The notes under the pieces: model-generated
Told to the model about the DNA's origin: nothing
The model's input: only the letters and a program-made list of their open reading frames with translations
The model's database searches: none
Shown here: positions 61,797 to 64,000 of the stretch, in pieces
How positions within the stretch are numbered: position 1 is the first letter of the stretch
Layout of the letters: every line of letters starts with the position of its first letter
From: Eubacteriales bacterium
GTDB taxonomy: Bacteria > Bacillota > Clostridia > Oscillospirales > CAG-272
DNA: 64,000 bases
Direction of reading: 5' to 3'
Assembly (NCBI GenBank): GCA_045611965.1
Contig: JAZKYE010000060.1
Coordinates: 719-64,718 of the forward strand
Translations under genes and position numbers: made by a program

Positions 61797-64000
61797 GTGA
61801 CCGAAGAAGAGGGATACTATATAAAAGACGGTGTGTTTATCGTGTACTCTGGGGATGAGTCCTATATAACCGTGCCCGAGGGAATTCACACCATAGGCCC
61901 TGATGCGTTTATGTATTCAGATGCGGTAGAGATAAAGCTTCCGACGACGCTTCGTAAAATATCTGACGGCGCTTTTTCCTTGTGCTCTCGACTTCGCAGG
62001 ATTAATATTCCCGAGGGTGTCACTTGGGTTGGCAGAGAGGCTTTTTCCGAGTGTCAGTCGCTTGAAAACGTCACGCTTCCTAAAACGCTGACGGCAGTTG
62101 GCGATAATCTTTTTATGGGATGCTCACGTCTGCGCTACAACAGTTACTGTCAGGGCGAGTATCTTGGATGTGATGAAAGCCCCTATCTCTATCTTGCCGA
62201 GTACAAGAGCGAGGGCGATGACGGGGTTATCATTCATAAGGATTGCAGATTTCTTGGAAGCTTTGCCTTCGCTAATTCTGATAGGATTACCCGAGTGGAT
62301 GTGCCTGACGGTGTGCTTTCGATAGGAAGCATGTGCTTTGACGGTGCGAGCAGTCTTTGCGATATAACCCTGCCCGACAGCCTTCAGCGCGTGGGTAAGA
62401 TGGCGTTCATTAACTGCGAGAGCTTGAAGTACACCTACTCTGGTGGATGCGCGTATCTTCCGTCATATAACAACCCCTACTTTCTCGTCGCAGGTCCTGA
62501 GGACAAGCAGGTCACGCAGGTTATACCCGACGCAGGCTACGGCATTTTTGCCGACGGGGCATTTTACGGCTGTCGCAGGATTACCTATGCGGATTTGCCG
62601 AGGGGTATGGTCACGCTTCCCGATTCGCTTTTCTGCTGTGCTGAAAAGCTTGAATTTATAATTCTTCCGTCGAGCCTTCGCACCATATCGCACGCCGCGT
62701 TTTCGGGGTGCGAGTCGCTCTCGACGGTGGTATTTAACGACGATATTTATGAGATAGGCGAGGGCGCGTTCTTTAGGTGCAAGAGCCTTCGTCAGATTTG
62801 TCTGCCAAGGGCGGTAAGGCATATCCGCGATGCCGTCTTTGACGAGTGCTCGTCGCTTGAGGAAGTAGCTTTACCCGATGGACTTTTGTCGATTGGGCAG
62901 AGGGCGTTTGAAAAAACCGCGCTGAAATCACTCACGCTTCCCGAGGGGCTTGTGTCGATAGGTCACTCTGCATTTTCAGGCTGTAAGCAGCTCGAAACTG
63001 CCGTACTTCCTGCGTCCTTACGCGAGCTCGGTGTGGATGCCTTTGCATACTGCTCGGCGCTTGGCGGCATAACGTTGCCGAATGAAATCACTATGCTTGG
63101 CTCGGGTATTTTTACTAAATGCACCTCGCTTCGCTATGCTGTGCTTCCACTTGAGTTTGCTGACGAGCTTCCCGACAGGATGTTTTTTGATTGCAAAGAG
63201 CTTTCCGATATTAACCTTTTTGAGGGTGTTACTAAAATTGGTGAAAGATGCTTCTCCGGGTGTATCTCGCTTGAGAGGGTTATGCTGGCAGACACGGTTG
63301 AAACGATTGGCGAATACGCCTTTGAGGGATGCACATCGCTTGAATACGTTTATCTGCCTGAGGGCTTGAAGAGTGCTCAAATGGGTGCTTTCAGCGGCTG
63401 TACAAGGCTTCGCCGCACCGAGCATCTTGGGGCGATTTACTTAGGCTCGATGAAAAATCCGTATATGATTTTGCACTCGACGACATCGGATTTTAATGCT
63501 GATGCAGGACTTGCTGACGGTGTCAGGATAATCGGCAATAATGCGTTTAAGGGTGCGGGGGATTTTTGCTCGATAACCCTGCCTGATGGTGTTGTGTATA
63601 TCGGCGTTAACGCATTTTTAAGGAAGAGTATTTCTGAAATTCATATACCCGATTCGGTTGAGATGATAGATAGCGAGGCGTTCAAGGAATGCAGGCTGCT
63701 TTGTCGGGTGACGGGAATGAAGGGTGTCAGAGTGATAGAGGGCTGCGCGTTTTTTAAATGCACCTCGCTTACCAATATCGACCTTTGCGATAAGCTTCGC
63801 ACTATTGAGGGCTACGCCTTTTCGGGCTGCGACAGCCTTTGTGAGCTAACTCTGCCTGACTCGCTTGAATACATAGGCGGCTACGCCTTTTCAGGCTGTG
63901 CTTTGCTTGAAGAGGTGAACGCACCGCGCGTAACGAGAATTGACGACGGTGCATTCTGTGGCTGTACTGCGCTTCACACAGTCTTGCTTCCGTCACTGAA
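61797..64000 (+). CDS. BspA-type leucine-rich repeat protein, no signal peptide, 5' portion only (runs off right window edge)
   Basis: The frame is open from the in-frame stop at 61770-61772 to the window end (more than 734 codons). GTG at 61797 lies 8 nt after GAAAGGGG; GTG at 61788 is an alternative. The translation is a continuous series of LRR_5-type repeats (LPxxLxxIGxxAFxGCxxLxxI). It is missing from the ORF track because no stop is reached. Confidence 0.8.
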   Translation, partial: MTEEEGYYIKDGVFIVYSGDESYITVPEGIHTIGPDAFMYSDAVEIKLPTTLRKISDGAFSLCSRLRRINIPEGVTWVGREAFSECQSLENVTLPKTLTAVGDNLFMGCSRLRYNSYCQGEYLGCDESPYLYLAEYKSEGDDGVIIHKDCRFLGSFAFANSDRITRVDVPDGVLSIGSMCFDGASSLCDITLPDSLQRVGKMAFINCESLKYTYSGGCAYLPSYNNPYFLVAGPEDKQVTQVIPDAGYGIFADGAFYGCRRITYADLPRGMVTLPDSLFCCAEKLEFIILPSSLRTISHAAFSGCESLSTVVFNDDIYEIGEGAFFRCKSLRQICLPRAVRHIRDAVFDECSSLEEVALPDGLLSIGQRAFEKTALKSLTLPEGLVSIGHSAFSGCKQLETAVLPASLRELGVDAFAYCSALGGITLPNEITMLGSGIFTKCTSLRYAVLPLEFADELPDRMFFDCKELSDINLFEGVTKIGERCFSGCISLERVMLADTVETIGEYAFEGCTSLEYVYLPEGLKSAQMGAFSGCTRLRRTEHLGAIYLGSMKNPYMILHSTTSDFNADAGLADGVRIIGNNAFKGAGDFCSITLPDGVVYIGVNAFLRKSISEIHIPDSVEMIDSEAFKECRLLCRVTGMKGVRVIEGCAFFKCTSLTNIDLCDKLRTIEGYAFSGCDSLCELTLPDSLEYIGGYAFSGCALLEEVNAPRVTRIDDGAFCGCTALHTVLLPSL

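Noticed and set aside
1-64000. Scan for rRNA, tRNA, CRISPR arrays, transposases, integrases and prophage modules
   Set aside because: I saw none by eye. There is no tRNA T-arm consensus outside the T-box element, no regularly spaced short repeats, and no DDE or tyrosine/serine recombinase-like ORFs. A tRNAscan/Infernal/CRISPR-finder run would be needed to exclude small elements formally.

Overview
A 64 kb chromosomal segment that looks like Firmicutes/Clostridia, possibly a gut or rumen Oscillospiraceae/Ruminococcaceae-type anaerobe; that placement is inference only. Supporting signs are about 50-55% GC by eye, GGAGG-type ribosome binding sites, a T-box leader, the pth-mfd-prsA-like gene order, and repeated TTGACA-N17-TAWAAT promoters. 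Most of the window is housekeeping or central metabolism: glgB, a PatB/MalY C-S lyase, radC, trmB, prfC, thrS with a Thr T-box, a ThyX-like gene, nadE, pth, mfd, a TrmH-family methylase, DegV/FakA, feoAB, fumC, malic enzyme and sbcCD. A 7-gene minus-strand operon (30843-39086) encodes a Na+/solute symporter, two PaaK-type CoA ligases, IorAB, an ACT protein and an aminotransferase, which reads as an arylacetate / aromatic 2-oxoacid module. The strongest candidate for an undescribed system is a tightly overlapping minus-strand operon (40450-46233). It encodes a 1113-aa SNF2/DEAD-like helicase with no methylase or nuclease motif that I can see, a MoxR-class AAA+ ATPase, and a protein joining an HExxH zincin-like domain to a VWA/MIDAS domain. 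It has its own promoter and a terminal hairpin. Other items worth a second look: (1) a 1157-aa soluble chimeric AAA+ protease (Clp N-domain + Clp D2 module + FtsH-type AAA + M41 HEAGH peptidase), followed by a YbjN-like gene and a signal-less BspA-type LRR ORF that runs off the window and is absent from the ORF track; (2) an AT-rich cassette (XRE regulator + LRR lipoprotein) bracketed by perfect 58-bp direct repeats that each carry the feo terminator; (3) an AT-rich left edge with a PD-(D/E)XK-like nuclease-fold gene; (4) a ThyX-fold protein lacking the RHR motif; (5) a NadE whose glutaminase catalytic Cys appears to be replaced by Ala; (6) a RadC with two intact JAMM domains. I saw no rRNA, tRNA, CRISPR array, transposase or integrase. 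All calls come from reading the sequence and from remembered family motifs; no database search was run.
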